A stretch of DNA of 55,350 nt, counting the filler, from Bipalium vagum (lineage: Eukaryota): the NCBI GenBank assembly GCA_037834085.1. It is 3 parts of 3 records of this genome, joined end to end, with 100 filler letters (N's around TTAATTAATTAA, not from the genome) between each part and the next. Parts side by side here need not be neighbours in the genome. Positions count along the whole stretch, not along the records: positions 1 to 18,325 come from JBBMKC010032574.1; 2 more parts are not named here. One strand, written 5' to 3'. The position numbers were made by a program, and so were the translations under genes. Below the pieces are notes generated by a model. That model searched no databases. It was not told the DNA's origin and was given only the letters and a program-made list of their open reading frames with translations. Shown piece after piece: positions 1 through 14,680 of the stretch. Every line of letters begins with the position of its first letter. Position 1 is the stretch's first letter.

Positions 1-2333
1 ATATTCTAGGAAAGATATAAAATATTTTTAAGAACTGGGCTGCTGGGAATCTTGGTGGAATTGGGTACTTTAAGGAATATCTGCGTCTTATAACTGACAC
101 AATCATATAAGTCGTTAAATGAATTACCCTAAAATCACGTGAATAAATCTAAGTTTACGTATTATTCGCACCATACTGACATGGTTACGCTCATAATAAG
201 TTATTAACGGTGTGGATGTATTTGTAATTATTTTATTTGTCACACTATCGTTGTCTAGATTAAAGGGATTTTTTTCGATATATTCATGTTTTATAGTATG
301 AAGTTAAATTGAGGAATGAATGTGGCAACTACATTTCATAAACGATAAATCTCATTGGTATTATATATATGAAATACTCGTTAGGTTCTCATGAATGTCA
401 GCACCTTAACATAATCTAAATCTTTAGGCCATGGAAAATTTTATTAAAAAGTACATGTTCACTGTAAGCTTATTAAGTCTATTTTTTAAGTATAAGAAGA
501 ATTAAAATTTACTTTATTATTTCTCCGCGCACTTTCAAACATTACAAAAAATATTTTATTTCCATGGCTTTTTCTCTAATTTGTTATGTAACTCTAGCCC
601 TAGGGTCGTTACATTTACTGGTTATGTAACCGGGGTTGTTATTATTGGTAAGATGAAATAATAGTTAAATTAAAAATAATAATATATTAATGTTTGTTTT
701 CTTTTTTAATTATTTTTTTTAAAAATAATTATTTTCTCTTTACAAGTGGATTTTTGTTTCTTTTTTTCATCAACTTCATAAAAATTTAATGAAATATTTA
801 ATAAATAACATTTTATAATATGACGATTCTTATTATCTTCATTGTTTACAGAACATAGAACTTAGAGATGCAATAGGTGCAAATATTTTATGGAACATTT
901 TCAGGAATTCAATATTGTGATTTATATCTGAATTGGGTTTCCATTTCTTTTTATATAATTTTGTTTATTCTGCAAAGCTGGCGCTGTACAAGTGAAAGCT
1001 AACGTGGTCGGTGTTCATTCAGTCTTAACACTTGACTTATAAGGAATATTGACAAACCCCATCAATGTTATCTCGGGCGTACCAATCACAAAAATATGTT
1101 CACAATTCCATAGTTCCACTGCAACATAAAGTGACATTTTCAGACATAGCCAGGAAAAGAAATGCGAAGCCGATTTCTTGTCTTAACTGAGAGGTATCAA
1201 AAGTCTATGAAAAAATTGATGTATAGGACTATCTAAACGTCTTGACAAATGCTATGTTATACAACATATATATAATATAATTTATTTTTTATTAATTTCA
1301 TTTTTGTATTATGTGATAAAACGTAAAATTGTGAAACTTAGTGTTTTATCTTTATTAAAAAGAAAAAAAATAAAACGATGAAAAAAACTACTTTTTATAA
1401 TTCTAAAAACTAGCTTTTGGATTAAATAATCGATCAATTAGGCACTATCATGCTTTATTAACCAATCAACTAATTCAGGTAATGAATTTTCCATGAAATT
1501 TTTTTGATTTTTTCAATAAATTCACCTTGGATTTATATTCTAATGTACTTTTGCAAAGGCCTTTAGAAAATTTCCGATTAAAAATCGTTTTTTATTAAAG
1601 CAAAAAGTATTTATCAAAATTTCATATCACGATTTACTTTTTTGATGAAAAAGAATAATATGGAAAAATTCATAAGCAGTGTAATCAGTTCATTTGAATT
1701 TTTAAAAACACATTATTTTATAATATAGCTACTTTTTTAAAATATTATAATATTTAAAATAAAAACTATTTAAAATTTAATAAGTACTTCATTTTAAATG
1801 TTATATTGTAATATACATTATAACATGTAATAACTTAAATAAATGATTAGTAATTCTAAATGTGTTTAAATTCATTTTTAAATTTATAATGATCGTACAT
1901 TGATTTCCCATTGTTTGACAATATTTGTTTGAATATTGAAAAAACTTTCAAACTTCAAAAAATAAATGATTGAAGACTTACTTAAAACCAATGTATTTAA
2001 TTAATTAATGTATTAATTATTTAACAATAAAATATTTCCTTTTATAATGGCTAATACTGAGAAAAATGTTTTAAAATGCTATTTCACGATTTCTTTGGTA
2101 TGTTTTAAATATTAATTATTTTCACAGAAAAAATTGACATATTTCTATAAATATATACATATATATGATGTCATATTTTGTTATATTAATTTTTTGTAAT
2201 ACTAATAAAAAGCGATCTCGGAACTTCAGTACAACTAAATAAATTGCAGCAGTGCATACTTTAACCCATGCAATCATATAAAATCATTGAGCACATCGTG
2301 GTTTGTTTCTCAACTCAATGTTTTGTTACCACA

Positions 2334-3030
2334 TAAAGGGTCATTCATTAAGAAACGTCATTTTAATTTTAGCGCTATTTTTAAATATCTTATAACTGCC
2401 AAACCTTATCATTTTATATTTTAATCTATACCATTATTCCAAATGAATCGATATATCATAAAACAACGAATCAAAATAGTCAAAATACATTTTAGTTGAT
2501 TTAATTAACAAATTCGAACATCTCTGACATGTTAGATGATGTGAAGACCCAGAAACGTGCTCATTCAGCAGGATCAACGAAAAATATTTTAGCTACAACT
2601 GAAAATGTTTGGGAAAATTGTCGTTTGTCCATTGTAAGACGTTCATAACAATTTGATATAACAGAATTCAGATTTCAACGTATTGGGCACAATGATCTTG
2701 GTCTGAAGGCCTACAGAATTCAACTAACACATCAAATAAAGCCAGCAGACCCTGACAACGTAGTCTGTTTATTGATTGGATGTTAGAAATATAAAGAAAT
2801 GATCCAAGATTTTTAAAGAAAATCATTCTCAGCTACAAAGCCCATTTCCATTTGCATGTATATAAGAATAGACAAAATTGTCGCATCTGGGGATCTGAAA
2901 ACCTAAATGACATAGTCGTAAAACCTGTTTATCCACAGCAAGTGAGAATTTGGTGTTTTTTTGGACTGGTGTTGTCATTAACCCATATTTTTGTGTGAGC
3001 CTTACAGTAAATGGTTTCCGTTAACAAAAG
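2334..3030 (+). mobile_element. Decayed rosa/DD41D-like Tc1/mariner transposon
   Basis: TIR-like TAAAGGGTCATTC. MNRYIIKQRIKIVKI, DLGLKAYRIQLTHQIKPAD, AHFHL..YKNRQNCRIWGSEN, with stops and frameshifts. Confidence 0.85.
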
Positions 3031-6000
3031 ACCCTTTACATTAACAGAATTTATTAACGCTATTTTACTAAGTGATTTGCTGCTAAAACGTTAAGTGATA
3101 AAAATATTTCACTATAATGCGTTTTGTAAAGACCAATCACAAAAATTGGAATATTACATCTAAAGATTTACACGCTTTCAGTTTGTTGGGATTTCAAAAA
3201 TATATTTTGACATCTGACTAAACATTTAATTCAGATGCTTGAAATTAACCAAGTTAACAATAGGTTTCCAAATCGCAAATAAATTGCGTACCATTAATTA
3301 TACTAATCGGCTGCATTGGTCACTGAAAACAAATTATTGACATATCGGTTATCATTTGTTTCGACTACTACGGAATAACTTGAAAGGGAAAACATTCGTT
3401 GACAAGGAATTGGTAAAATGTCATATCGAATTATTATTGCCAGTAAGTACTTGAGATGTTTAGTTGATGATGTTAGCTGAAAGATGGTACGTAGATCATT
3501 GTGAATAAAATGAATGATCGTGAATACATTAATCATTAAAAAGTTTCTTAAATAATAATAATAACATAATTATGAAAAGCTCACAAACCCTTTTTGTCAA
3601 TTTATTATATATTTCTTTTTATGGTAGATATTACCAAAAAGAGAAAGATACAATATCTTCGAAAAATATTTTTAACATATCAACATAAAAAACAAGTTAA
3701 ATATTTCAATGTTTTTCTCTGTATCAGAAATGATGTCGTAAATTTAACAAAAATCGTCCGAAAATCTGTAAAATGAAAACTCAGATTCTCTCATCAATTG
3801 GAAATGACACAATCTACTAATCATTGGCAGAATTGACAAAATGTCTACAATTTATAATGAATAACCAGAAAAAAGTTGCCTTTGAAGAGACACCGAGAGA
3901 TGGATTTAATAAGAAATTTTGATTTACAAATTAAAATCTTGATTAATTTGGTGATAAAATTATGTAGTGATCATCCTGCTGATGTTTTAATAAATAAAAT
4001 AATTTCCGAGTCTGTTGAAAATTTATCAATTTTCATCGTTATTATTGGAAACTTATTATTATGCAATATAACGTGGCTTTTTGATGATTTTTATTATTAT
4101 GATTATTTTATTATTATTATTTTTATTATATGGTGTCAAAACAAAATTCTATAAATAATTTATGAATCATTTTATTAGTTAAGAAAAAATCGGTATCTAT
4201 TTTATCCAAAAATGAATTTATTAGGCTGGTGCGAAAAGAATTTTTTATTTTAACTGTGAAAATAAAACCGTCATAACTCAACTAAAAATTAACGTTATCA
4301 AAATATTCTGCACATTATTTTTGCTTTCTTAAACATTTATACCACTTTTTATCGTTTGTCTATTTATTTTTCCACTGTCTGATCACTTATTCAAAACTCC
4401 CAAATTTGGGATTTTAGAGAATAATTACAATTCTCCATAGAAACACGAATAACCATTATATTTTAACATTATGGAAATTAATTATTCATAATTAATTCAC
4501 AATTAATTAATAATATCTGCATTTTATAATTTGTTATTTCCAAAGAAAGTATGTTGACATACATAATAGTGACACGGTATTATATATCCCAAGGTATTCA
4601 GAATTCATTAGAATTTTTTTTTCGGATCAAAATCGAAGAAAGATGTGCAGTAAATTGAACAAAATTGTTTATTATGTTTTATATTGCTACCACAAAAAGA
4701 TTTGACGTGTTCAACATAAATAAAATATGAAAGAAATAAACAAAAAATAAAATACCGCTCTCATTCCTTATAGCGATGTATGGTTTAGTGAAAAAATAAA
4801 AGGATATTTTCATGTTAATGGAGTCCCTTTAGTCAAATATAATAATATATTTGCAAAAATTATTAAGTAATTGTAAATAATTAATATTTTATATCATTAA
4901 AACAACTGGTAAATAAAACATACTTAATCATTAAAACAAACAGCCAAGCCTAATAAATGATTAATGAAAGAGAAAAAGTTACAATTTTTACATTTCAGTT
5001 TAATTTACCATTGTTTTTAGCCGTTGCCAATTTGTAACTATTGAAATATTTATTTATTATTCAGAAAATATAATTTAACAGAAGCATAACCAGATTTATT
5101 CACGTTTCTGACAAAATAATCAGATCTTCGAAATATGATTAATAGTTATTAGGATGCCTTAACGGATTTATAATCATCAGAAAATCCCCATTTTATCATT
5201 TTCTGTTTTTGCAGTACAAATATCTTCCCTTTCAAAATGTTTCCCAGTCTCGAATAATTAATACACTTGTGGGGCATTCGATTTCCTGCAAGAATGCTGA
5301 GTATGCCGTCTAAGAGTAGTCTAATATTGTCTACATTGCCTTTTCTTAAAATAATTTATAATATATATAATAACCGAATGACAGAGTTTCGAGAAGATTT
5401 GCAAATATTCACTTTTCTCCACTATTCTAACATTATTCCAACTTTTCTTCAAATAATTATTTACCCATTCATTTTTAATCATATTTATCCCATAATTTAT
5501 ATTATCCATCCGTTACTAAAGGATAAGGCAGGAAATATTGTCAGTATGTTATAATTCATTATTTTTCCCTTCTTTGCTGCTTTTATTTAAATAATATATA
5601 ATTATTTTGTTTCATATATTTGTTTTAATGTTGATCTAGGAAACCAAATTTCACTTAACACATAATATAAAATTCAAAAATTCAGTAGCACAATGTATGT
5701 GAATGTATTAGTATAATGCAAAGCGCATAAAATATAAGTATCACATTTCATAATGTAATAGTGTTAAATATACTTAAGATAACACTATACATTTTCGACA
5801 TAATGAGATACATTTATCGAAATTTAATGTTTTTCCATAGAACATTCATTAACTCTAATACAAAGTTTTAATCGAAGATAAAAAGGAATTAGCATTTTAA
5901 TACATTTGTGGTGATATTTTAGCTTTTTCGTCTTCCATTGAACTTTTCAAATCTTTTAGGTTCTTTGATTATCTTGGAATGACAAAATAAATACAAAATG

Positions 6001-6494
6001 AAAGTGATTGTTTGAATATTTTATCAAGATTAAAAAGATATGAATTAAAATAATAATAGTACACATAATAATATTATTATTAATTATGTATCTAATTTGA
6101 ATATATCATACAAATATTGGAAATCTCTGTAAGTATTAAAAATAGTCTATTGTATTACATCTACAGACTTAAAAGAATTACGAAGAGAAATAAAACGAAT
6201 GAATGTATCGATTTTACAGAGACAATGAAAATATGATCTGCGGGAAATTATACTTATTAAAAATAAAAAAGAAAAGTTTCATCAATATTTAACTTTGGAA
6301 AAAAATATAATTTATATTTTTTAGATAAATAAAATTATTAAGTAATTATATAAAATTTGAAAATTATTAATTTATATTTTTTTCCTAAAGGTTTTATTTT
6401 TTCTCAATTTTTGAATTGTATAATTCATAAATAATATTTGAAATGTAATAAATTATTACTTATTAAAGTATTTTATCTTATTATCAGATAGAAG

Positions 6495-7200
6495 TATCAG
6501 GTTGTTCGGAAATAAATTAGCGTTTTTTCGAAGGAAAAAGAAAATGAAATAATTTTTGACTTAAGACATTTATTTATAAAAAATAATTTCCATTACATTT
6601 AATACATTGTTCCCAACGTGATTGAAGACTTAATATTCATTTTTCATAGAAATCATGTTTACGAGACACGACGAATTCCTCAAATACCTGTTTTACGGTG
6701 TCGTAACTATTGAAAACCGTTCGAGGCAGGAAATTATGTAATGCTTAAAACAAATAATAATCCGTAGGAGATAAGTCCGGTGAGTATGCCGAATGTGGAA
6801 GAATCTCATATCCAAGGTCATTTACCTTTTGCAGTGTTTGTTTTGATACTAATAATTGCTTGGATAAATTTCTTACTGTATTCTGTGGGTTTGATTCAAT
6901 AATTGTTTTCAAATCATCATTGTCCACTGAAGCTTTCCGCTCACGACCCTTTGCATCACTGAGATCAAATTTTCCAAGACTGAATTTGACAAACCACAAT
7001 AGGGTAGTTGATTCTGCTACATAACCATCTCCGAAAGCTCTGTTAATTTTTCTGGTTGCATCTGCCGCAGAATTTCCAAGTTCAAATTCGTAGAGATATA
7101 TTGCTCTAATTTGTTGGTTTGTGTAAATTATTTTAGTTTTTATATAAATCAATATTAATATTACGATAAATGAAAATGTACACAACTATCAAAAATATAA
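6495..7200 (-). mobile_element. Internally deleted mariner (DD34D)
   Basis: HTH region (IRAIYLYEFELGNSAADATRKIN) fused directly to LPHSAYSPDLSPTDYYLF, followed by RWEQCIKCNGNYF; TIR TATCAGGTTGTTCGGAAA at 6495. Confidence 0.93.
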
Positions 7201-7669
7201 ATTTCTTCGTTGATGTTTAACAAAAATGATTTTCCACGTTTTTAATGCTAATGAAAAATAGGTTTATTTTGATCAATTATCTTCCAGAAGAAAACAAGAT
7301 TTGTCTAATAGATTGTGAAAATGATCGACCAAAATTATTCGGAAGAATCATTTTAGAAAAGATACTTCGCCTTATTTTTGTCATTTTCGTTGGGAATTAT
7401 TTTAATTTTTTAATAAACAAATAACAGTTAGATATATGTTGAATTCTAGAATAAGATGCTTCTCAAGAACTAGAAAAATAAAGATCATACATTATACTTT
7501 TTTATCATCAAGAACCTCTTTGAACAGTACAAAACATTGTTGACAAATCAACCACCAAATTCTCCTGTTATGAACCTATTTCATAGGTACGTAATGATTG
7601 AATACACGAGAAATTCAATTCAACACAAAAGAATAAATTGAATTTTATCTTCAACTACGAGATTTTACT

Positions 7670-7938
7670 TCATCCAGGCTATTACAGGACCTCTTATCAT
7701 CGGTTTATCATATATTCAAATATTTCTGACCAATAAGATATTTTAGAACTAAGGTGACCTTGAAAATGTCACTTTACTTTTTGATTTCTATGAAAAGGGA
7801 ATTTATTATTTATTATCTCGATGACAGAAATATAATGAGAACGATGAAAATATTTTGATGAATAAAATGTATTTCTTATCTCTTTGATTTAGTTTAATTA
7901 CATTTTAAAAACCATAACTTCAAGTAAGACAACCTGGA
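7670..7938 (+). mobile_element. Mariner 3' fragment
   Basis: Degenerate transposase C-terminus ending ATTTTGATGAATAAA, then TIR ...AAGTAAGACAACCTG; similar to 18500-18756. Confidence 0.65.
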
Positions 7939-8889
7939 AATTTGCAAAAAAAATAAAAATAAAAAGCTTAAAGATTAAGAATTTTCGAAAAATCAGAAAT
8001 GTGTTAACAAAAATAAATGTATATATTCAAAACCTATTAATGCTAATTTATATATAATATTTGTTACTGTTTAAGTATTTTGTCCTTAATCAAATTCTTG
8101 TTATCCGTTAATTATAAATTGTTAATGGAAATTGTTCCTTCACAAAAATATTTGTTATATAAAATATAATTTTTTCCAAAATATATTGATAAAATTTTTA
8201 ACATTTGATGAATTAGATAAATAATTCAACATTCAAAAATCAATGTAGAATTTCTTACTCTATATTTTCGTAAAAGGAATTGCGAAAAAATTTAATTTAA
8301 AAATTATTTAACTTATTTTATTACTAGCAATCTTTAACCAATCATTATTATCAATGATTTTTTTTATTATTTTATATTTTAATTTTATACATTATTTCAC
8401 ATAGCTCAACTCAGTATTATTTGTTTTTATCGACAATTATTTTCTGATATTATTATTGATTTTTTTAAAATGTTATAGAAAAAAAAATGAAATAAATCAA
8501 AATATATGTATTTTTCTTCTTTCAAAAACTCAATTTTTTATCTCCTTATTTTATATTTATACGGACATTGCATAAATTATGGAAAATTTCTTCATGGTTT
8601 GCCTTCTCACTCGTCCTATAATCTCAAGTGATTAAAAACAATGATTTGAAACAACATCTAATTATAAGCATATGGTAGCCTTACGATTCCCGGTGACCAA
8701 TAAATGGAATGATGATATTAGAAAATATTGAAGAAATTTCTTCAGAAATATAAAATAATCAATAAAAAAGTTGATATTTTAAGGATCTTTTGTTAAATAA
8801 AATTATTTTTTTCAATTTTATAATGATTAGGCATTTCATAAACATTTCACAATGTATTGTATTGTAATTTTATTTTAAATAAAGTTTCG

Positions 8890-9166
8890 TGCTATAAATT
8901 GTGATGTCAAAAAAATTCATAAGAATTCCTCAGTCAATTCATAAAAGTTGACAAATCACTGACCCATCACTACTCACCTGAAACGACGTTATAAGTGAAA
9001 CAACTGATGATTATTTTGAAGCTTATAATAACAGCTACTTTTCTAATGGCGTCATAATGCTCGAGTACTGTTTGAAAATGTCCATAAACCTCAAAGGAGA
9101 TTTCTTTCAATAATTGATTAAAGATTTTTCTTACTTAGGCAGCTTACTCATCAAACCACTCTCGTA
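8890..9166 (+). mobile_element. Internally deleted irritans-type mariner
   Basis: HHYSPET joined to DYFEAYNNSYFSNGVIMLE...NLKGDF; TIR ...CATCAAACCACTCTCGTA. Confidence 0.7.
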
Positions 9167-12100
9167 TTAATAATACCCTCTGACAGTTTTTCATTATTTT
9201 TACATTAAATGATTTTTATTTTCATTTGAGATATTTTCTATAACGTTTTTCTGTCTCTCGGCCTACAAAATATTTTACAGATTTAATAGGTTAAATAAAT
9301 AGTTTCAATCGTATTTAAGAAGTTTGGAAATCAGCTGTTACTTATTTCCACCAAACGTTTATTGTAAATATCACCAAAATCCATTTGGACTAATATATAA
9401 AGCAGGAAAACTATAAAAATTTGCCTGTGTCACCATTTCGGTTTTATAATCTAAACAAATTAACCCTTCTTCTGTTAAAGATTCACATAATTTTCATTTT
9501 GCAAAAATTTGGTTGTTTTATCCTCCAATAAAATATTAATGAAAAATATTATAAAAAATAATTAGACAATGTTACACATCAATTATAAATTAATTTTATG
9601 CTAATTTCAAAAATTAAAATTATTTCAACTATTCAGTAAAACAAATATTAAAAATGTAATTTATTTTTTTTCAATTGAATTTTAAATATTTGTTGAAATT
9701 TTTACTCTAGGAATAAGAAAATTAAAAGAACTGAATTTGGACGACAAAAATTTTTATAATGAAAAATCAGTTTTCAAAAAATAAGTATAATTTTTCTTAT
9801 GAACAAATGAAAAAGCATAACTCAAAAGATATTATATTTTTTGTGGAGACTCAAGAGAAATTGACAATGAGACAATTTAATTGCGACAATTTTTGATTTT
9901 GAAATTTTTGACTGGATTTTAAAAAAAAATATTAAAAGTATTTTTATTTTTATTTAATTGTAAAAAATGAGAATCTCTATAAAAGAATAAAATCAAAGAC
10001 CTAACAATTATTAATATTATTATGATTATTGTTGGTATTATTATTATTAATTAATATTTTAAATAAAGTATACAGAAAACAAATAATTATATATAAAATT
10101 AAAATTAGAAAAGACTAAGTTTCTAAAAATAGAAACCTAACAAAAAAATTGTAGCCCAAATATAAATATGGAAATAATGTATAATACAAAACTAAAAAAG
10201 GAAAATATTAAAATATAAAAATAAAAATGACCTTAAAAATATAATATAAAAGGTTAATGAAAAATTAGAGATGATATACAATAACATTAGACTAGACAAG
10301 ACGACAACAATAATAACAATAACAAGATCTTTGTTTACGAGGAATTAGTATTAGTCAATCATTCAAAACCTATTTAAGCAGCATTCCAAAGATCGAGAGA
10401 CACAAAAATACAAAACGATTTCAATTACAACTTTTGAAGACGAACTTCCATAATCGACCTACCAACAGTTTATGCCATTGAATATAGTAAATTTTATTAT
10501 TTTTAATTATTATCATTTTATAACCTGATATTTATAAAATCTGTTAAGCTATTATAGTTTACACAGATCATTTTAAAATACACTAAAATTTACAATTTTC
10601 CGGTAATCACTATTAATTAGGATTACCTTTGCTTTTGTTTTCACAGTCTCCCTATTTCTCTTTTTGTTCGTAATTTACACAGCAGTTAGGGCTGGCAATT
10701 TACCTCAGGGCATTTCCGAAGCTTACAGGATAACTGTGAAAGGATTCTCATTTAAACTCCCATTGTAAAATTACATTTTTACAAATAAAAATATTTGGTA
10801 TCAATTCGATTTGTTTTCATTTGTTCTATTTTATTTACAGTTCCGAATTACACTCCATAAATCCTTCTGATAGTAATATACGTTTTGTTGAGTAACCTAA
10901 AAGCCCATTATCGATATTTTTGACTTAAAATCAGTCACTTTTAGGAACTTAACATGTTCATTAAAAATCGGTGCTTTTAAGACTAAGTTTTTGTGGTATT
11001 TATTCTGCCAATTGAATATAAATGATATGCTATGGTCATTTCCCCATATAATTCGATTTTCTCTAAAAGTTCTGTATGATTTATTTTAAATTGTCATCAT
11101 CTACTGTTTCAGGATGTCATTCATGTTGATTATCTTTCAGATCAACATTCATCATGTTTAAATCGATGAAATTATTCTTTGCGCTAACTATTAGTAATTG
11201 CATATTATTTGTTGATTCTGTAGCAGTCTTTTCTTATCACATACAAATTCAAATTTTGTATTTTGGTAATCCATATTTTTAAGCTTATTTTCCAACTAAA
11301 AATGAATGAAATAAACATAATTAATAATAAACATAAATATTTTAATTGAGACAAATATACCTATTGAGATGACAAATATGTAGATGTTTGATGGTTTATC
11401 CAATAATATTAGTTATTCATTAAAACACACACATTTCTAACTTCACAATCTAATATCAATCAATATAGAGTGACTGTTGTTATGGAATTTGTTGATTAAA
11501 TTTAATTTTCATGATTTTATTATCATTGTTAGTTACGTATTTAAGTTAGTTTTGATTTTGAAATCCTCACAATCATTTTCTAAATTTAATATCATTTCAG
11601 TATCAAATTACAATCTTAGTTTCTGGTAAGGGAATCTTAAAAGTAATAATTGTTTAGCTCCTAATTTATCAGCAAGAATTTAATGTACTGTTTTATTCGC
11701 ATTTTAATTTGATTTGATTTATTAATGAAAATTTTCAATTAATGTAATTAAATCAATTATTTCGTGTTTAATTAAAAATAAACAGAAATAGAAATATCTT
11801 TGGTTCTTAGATAACATGTTAATAGTTAGTTTATATATATATATATTATAATTATTATAATATTAGATGTCATCCGAGTTGTTATTTAGTTTATTTGAAA
11901 TGGTCAGATGCTGAAAATATTGTTTTATTTTTATCTCAGTTTTAAAATTTATATAATTATAATTTTAGATGTCACGAAGCAATATTTTTAAAGTCTTCCA
12001 TTGAATAATATTGAATTTATTATAATTATAAATTCAATAATATTTTTTTAGAGTCATAGAATATTTTACTTGATTTGATTATCGACTGCCCACACATTAA

Positions 12101-13272
12101 AAAATAAAATATATGCTGTTTTCCTACATTTGATTCATTAGTCCATGGTTGGATAGTACCAGATAAATTTGTTTAATTTAATTATTTTCATTTAAATAAT
12201 TCCACATTTAATATTTTAAATAAGTAAACCTCAGCTTAACAGTATATATTTTATGCTCATAGTTTACGTTGTCATCAATATTTTTTATTTCACTATTTTT
12301 AATGACATCAGATCAAATCTAACTATTGTAGTTTTGTCTATTCACAATATACATCGAGCAATCCATATATTTTAAATTAACCTATTACAATATTATTTTA
12401 GTTCAATCAATTGTAATAAATAGCACGTGCAACGTGTAAAAATAATCTTCGTTGACAATACAAAGTCATACATCATAAAATCATCCTTGAAAAAGTATAG
12501 GAATTGCAATGAAAACAGTTTTCATATTCTTCTTATATTTCTCAAACTGATTACCACCTCCTATTATTTCTAACCAATCATTTCAAGCGAAATACATCAC
12601 AAAAAGAGAATATTTTAAATTCAAAGTTGGCCACTTATTCGCTTCTAAAAATTCTCAATTCTATTATGAAATATTTATAAGTCATTATTTCCTTGGTTGA
12701 TTGACTTTATTTATTTATATTTATTAGTATTATTATTTGACTTGTAAAATATATTTTTATTATATATATTTTTTTTTATTTATATTATTTTAAATACTGC
12801 CTAAATTTTAAGGTAATATTATTTTTATCCTTCAAAATTACTGAGAATTTTGAATTATTAAAATTAAAATGATGTATATACACAATGTATTGTATCTATT
12901 CTATAAACCACAAATAATTTGAGATTGTAATCATTTTTAGAATTCTCTAACCCCATATTGAAGACCATGGTAGTAATAAAAAGTGAATAATTAATATAAA
13001 ATTATATTTATTTATTTTTATATTCTCAACTATTTTTGTCCAATATTTATATTTACCGATTGATTCTATAATGTTTATTTGTATCATAATTTCTCTTCTG
13101 AAAACGTTATTTTGAGAACTTTTATAAAGTATAATTTTGACAATCATTAATCAAAAAGAAAAATAATGAACATTTTTAGTTAGAAAAAATAAATTAACAA
13201 ATGAACTGATTGCAAATCTAAAAAGAAATTATTTGTCATTTGATGATGTATAAATTAAAATTATAAAATAAA

Positions 13273-13700
13273 TATTAGGTTGTGTCAAAATTTTCCGTGA
13301 ATTCAAATTCACACAAGTTATAATGTAATTATATGAAAAAATAACAAAATATAATTTTTTATTTCTCAAAATAAGAACCGTTACTATGTACAAGAGTTTG
13401 CCATATTTCTGTAAGTTTTTTATTCTGTAGACATTGAAGAATGTAATTCATCATTTAATGTTTCATTTAGAACCCCTTCATTTATCACAGAAAGTCTTCA
13501 TTGACGAGGCATATCTTTGAGATTAGTATCTTAGTCTTGAAACTTTAAGAACCAATCTGAGACTGTGCTATAGGCAACGATACATTCTCCCTCAACACCA
13601 GAAATAGTTTTTATTGTGACAAGATTGATAAGCCTCTCTTTCCAACAATAACGGATCAAACGTCGAATTGCAATTTTGCTGTATTGATTTTACTATAAAT
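13273..13700 (-). mobile_element. Internally deleted mariner
   Basis: TIR TATTAGGTTGTGTCAAAA. Minus-strand AIRRLIRYCWKE...YSTVSDWFLKF..DTNLKDMPR. Confidence 0.75.
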
Positions 13701-14625
13701 ATAAATTCACATAATTGCGTTGATATGTTTATTTAAACAAAACTTACAAATGAAGTTTGATATCGAAATATCAATGATATTATATTTTTAATACTTTTTA
13801 TTAAAATTATATTTTTTGATAAAAAAAGAATTAAACTATCAAAATTGCAGAAACTTTTGACATAACTTTTGTAAATTTTATAAAACGAAATTATCATTAT
13901 CATGAAAATGTTTTGGAAATCATTTTTGATTAATTGATTAATTTTCATAGATTTCGTTATATTTTCTCATACTTTTCGTCAAAATAATTATTAAAATCGA
14001 TATTCTATTAGATTTTAGTGAAGCAGAATAGCACGATTCCCTAATTATTAAATTATATTAATTGAAAAATTGGTTAAAATTCCTCATATTTAAAAGAAGT
14101 ACTTATATTAAATTTCCTACAAATATATAAATGTTAAAATTAATAAATAACGCAATAATGACTTAAATTTTCATTTTTAAAAATTATTAATTAAATAAGT
14201 AATTTGAAATTTATGGAATTAAATTTAAATAAAATAAAATAATTAATTTAAATACAGGATTCCAGGATTAAAACAAATTTATAAATGAAAATGAATTTAT
14301 AAATTTGATTTGTGAAAAATCTTCTCATTATATTAATTGAATTTCCATGTCTTATGGCATATTTGCAATTAGGATCATTATCCCCATTAATTCACTTAAG
14401 CCTGCTAATTCATATATTGATAAAAATAGACCCTCTCTTATAATATAAAAAAATTGTGTTAGTCGTTGTATCAGTGATAAGATAGATATAAAATGAATTA
14501 ATTCCAATTTAAACACAGTAATTAAATGATAGAAGCATTTTCTTTAAAAAATGCTATTTTACTTTCTTAACAAGGAATTTTTTTCTATTCAATTTTATAT
14601 AAATAATAATTAAAAAGTGTAATAT

Positions 14626-14630
<5 letters not shown>

Positions 14631-14680
<50 letters not shown>
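14631..14680. repeat. (ATT)n microsatellite
   Basis: Directly visible. Confidence 0.95.

Noticed and set aside
3491-3510. bantam-like TAGATCATTGTGAA
   Set aside because: Seed mismatch and no good hairpin.
3303-3536. ORF with hAT-dimerisation-like PCQRMFS
   Set aside because: Too little similarity to support a call.
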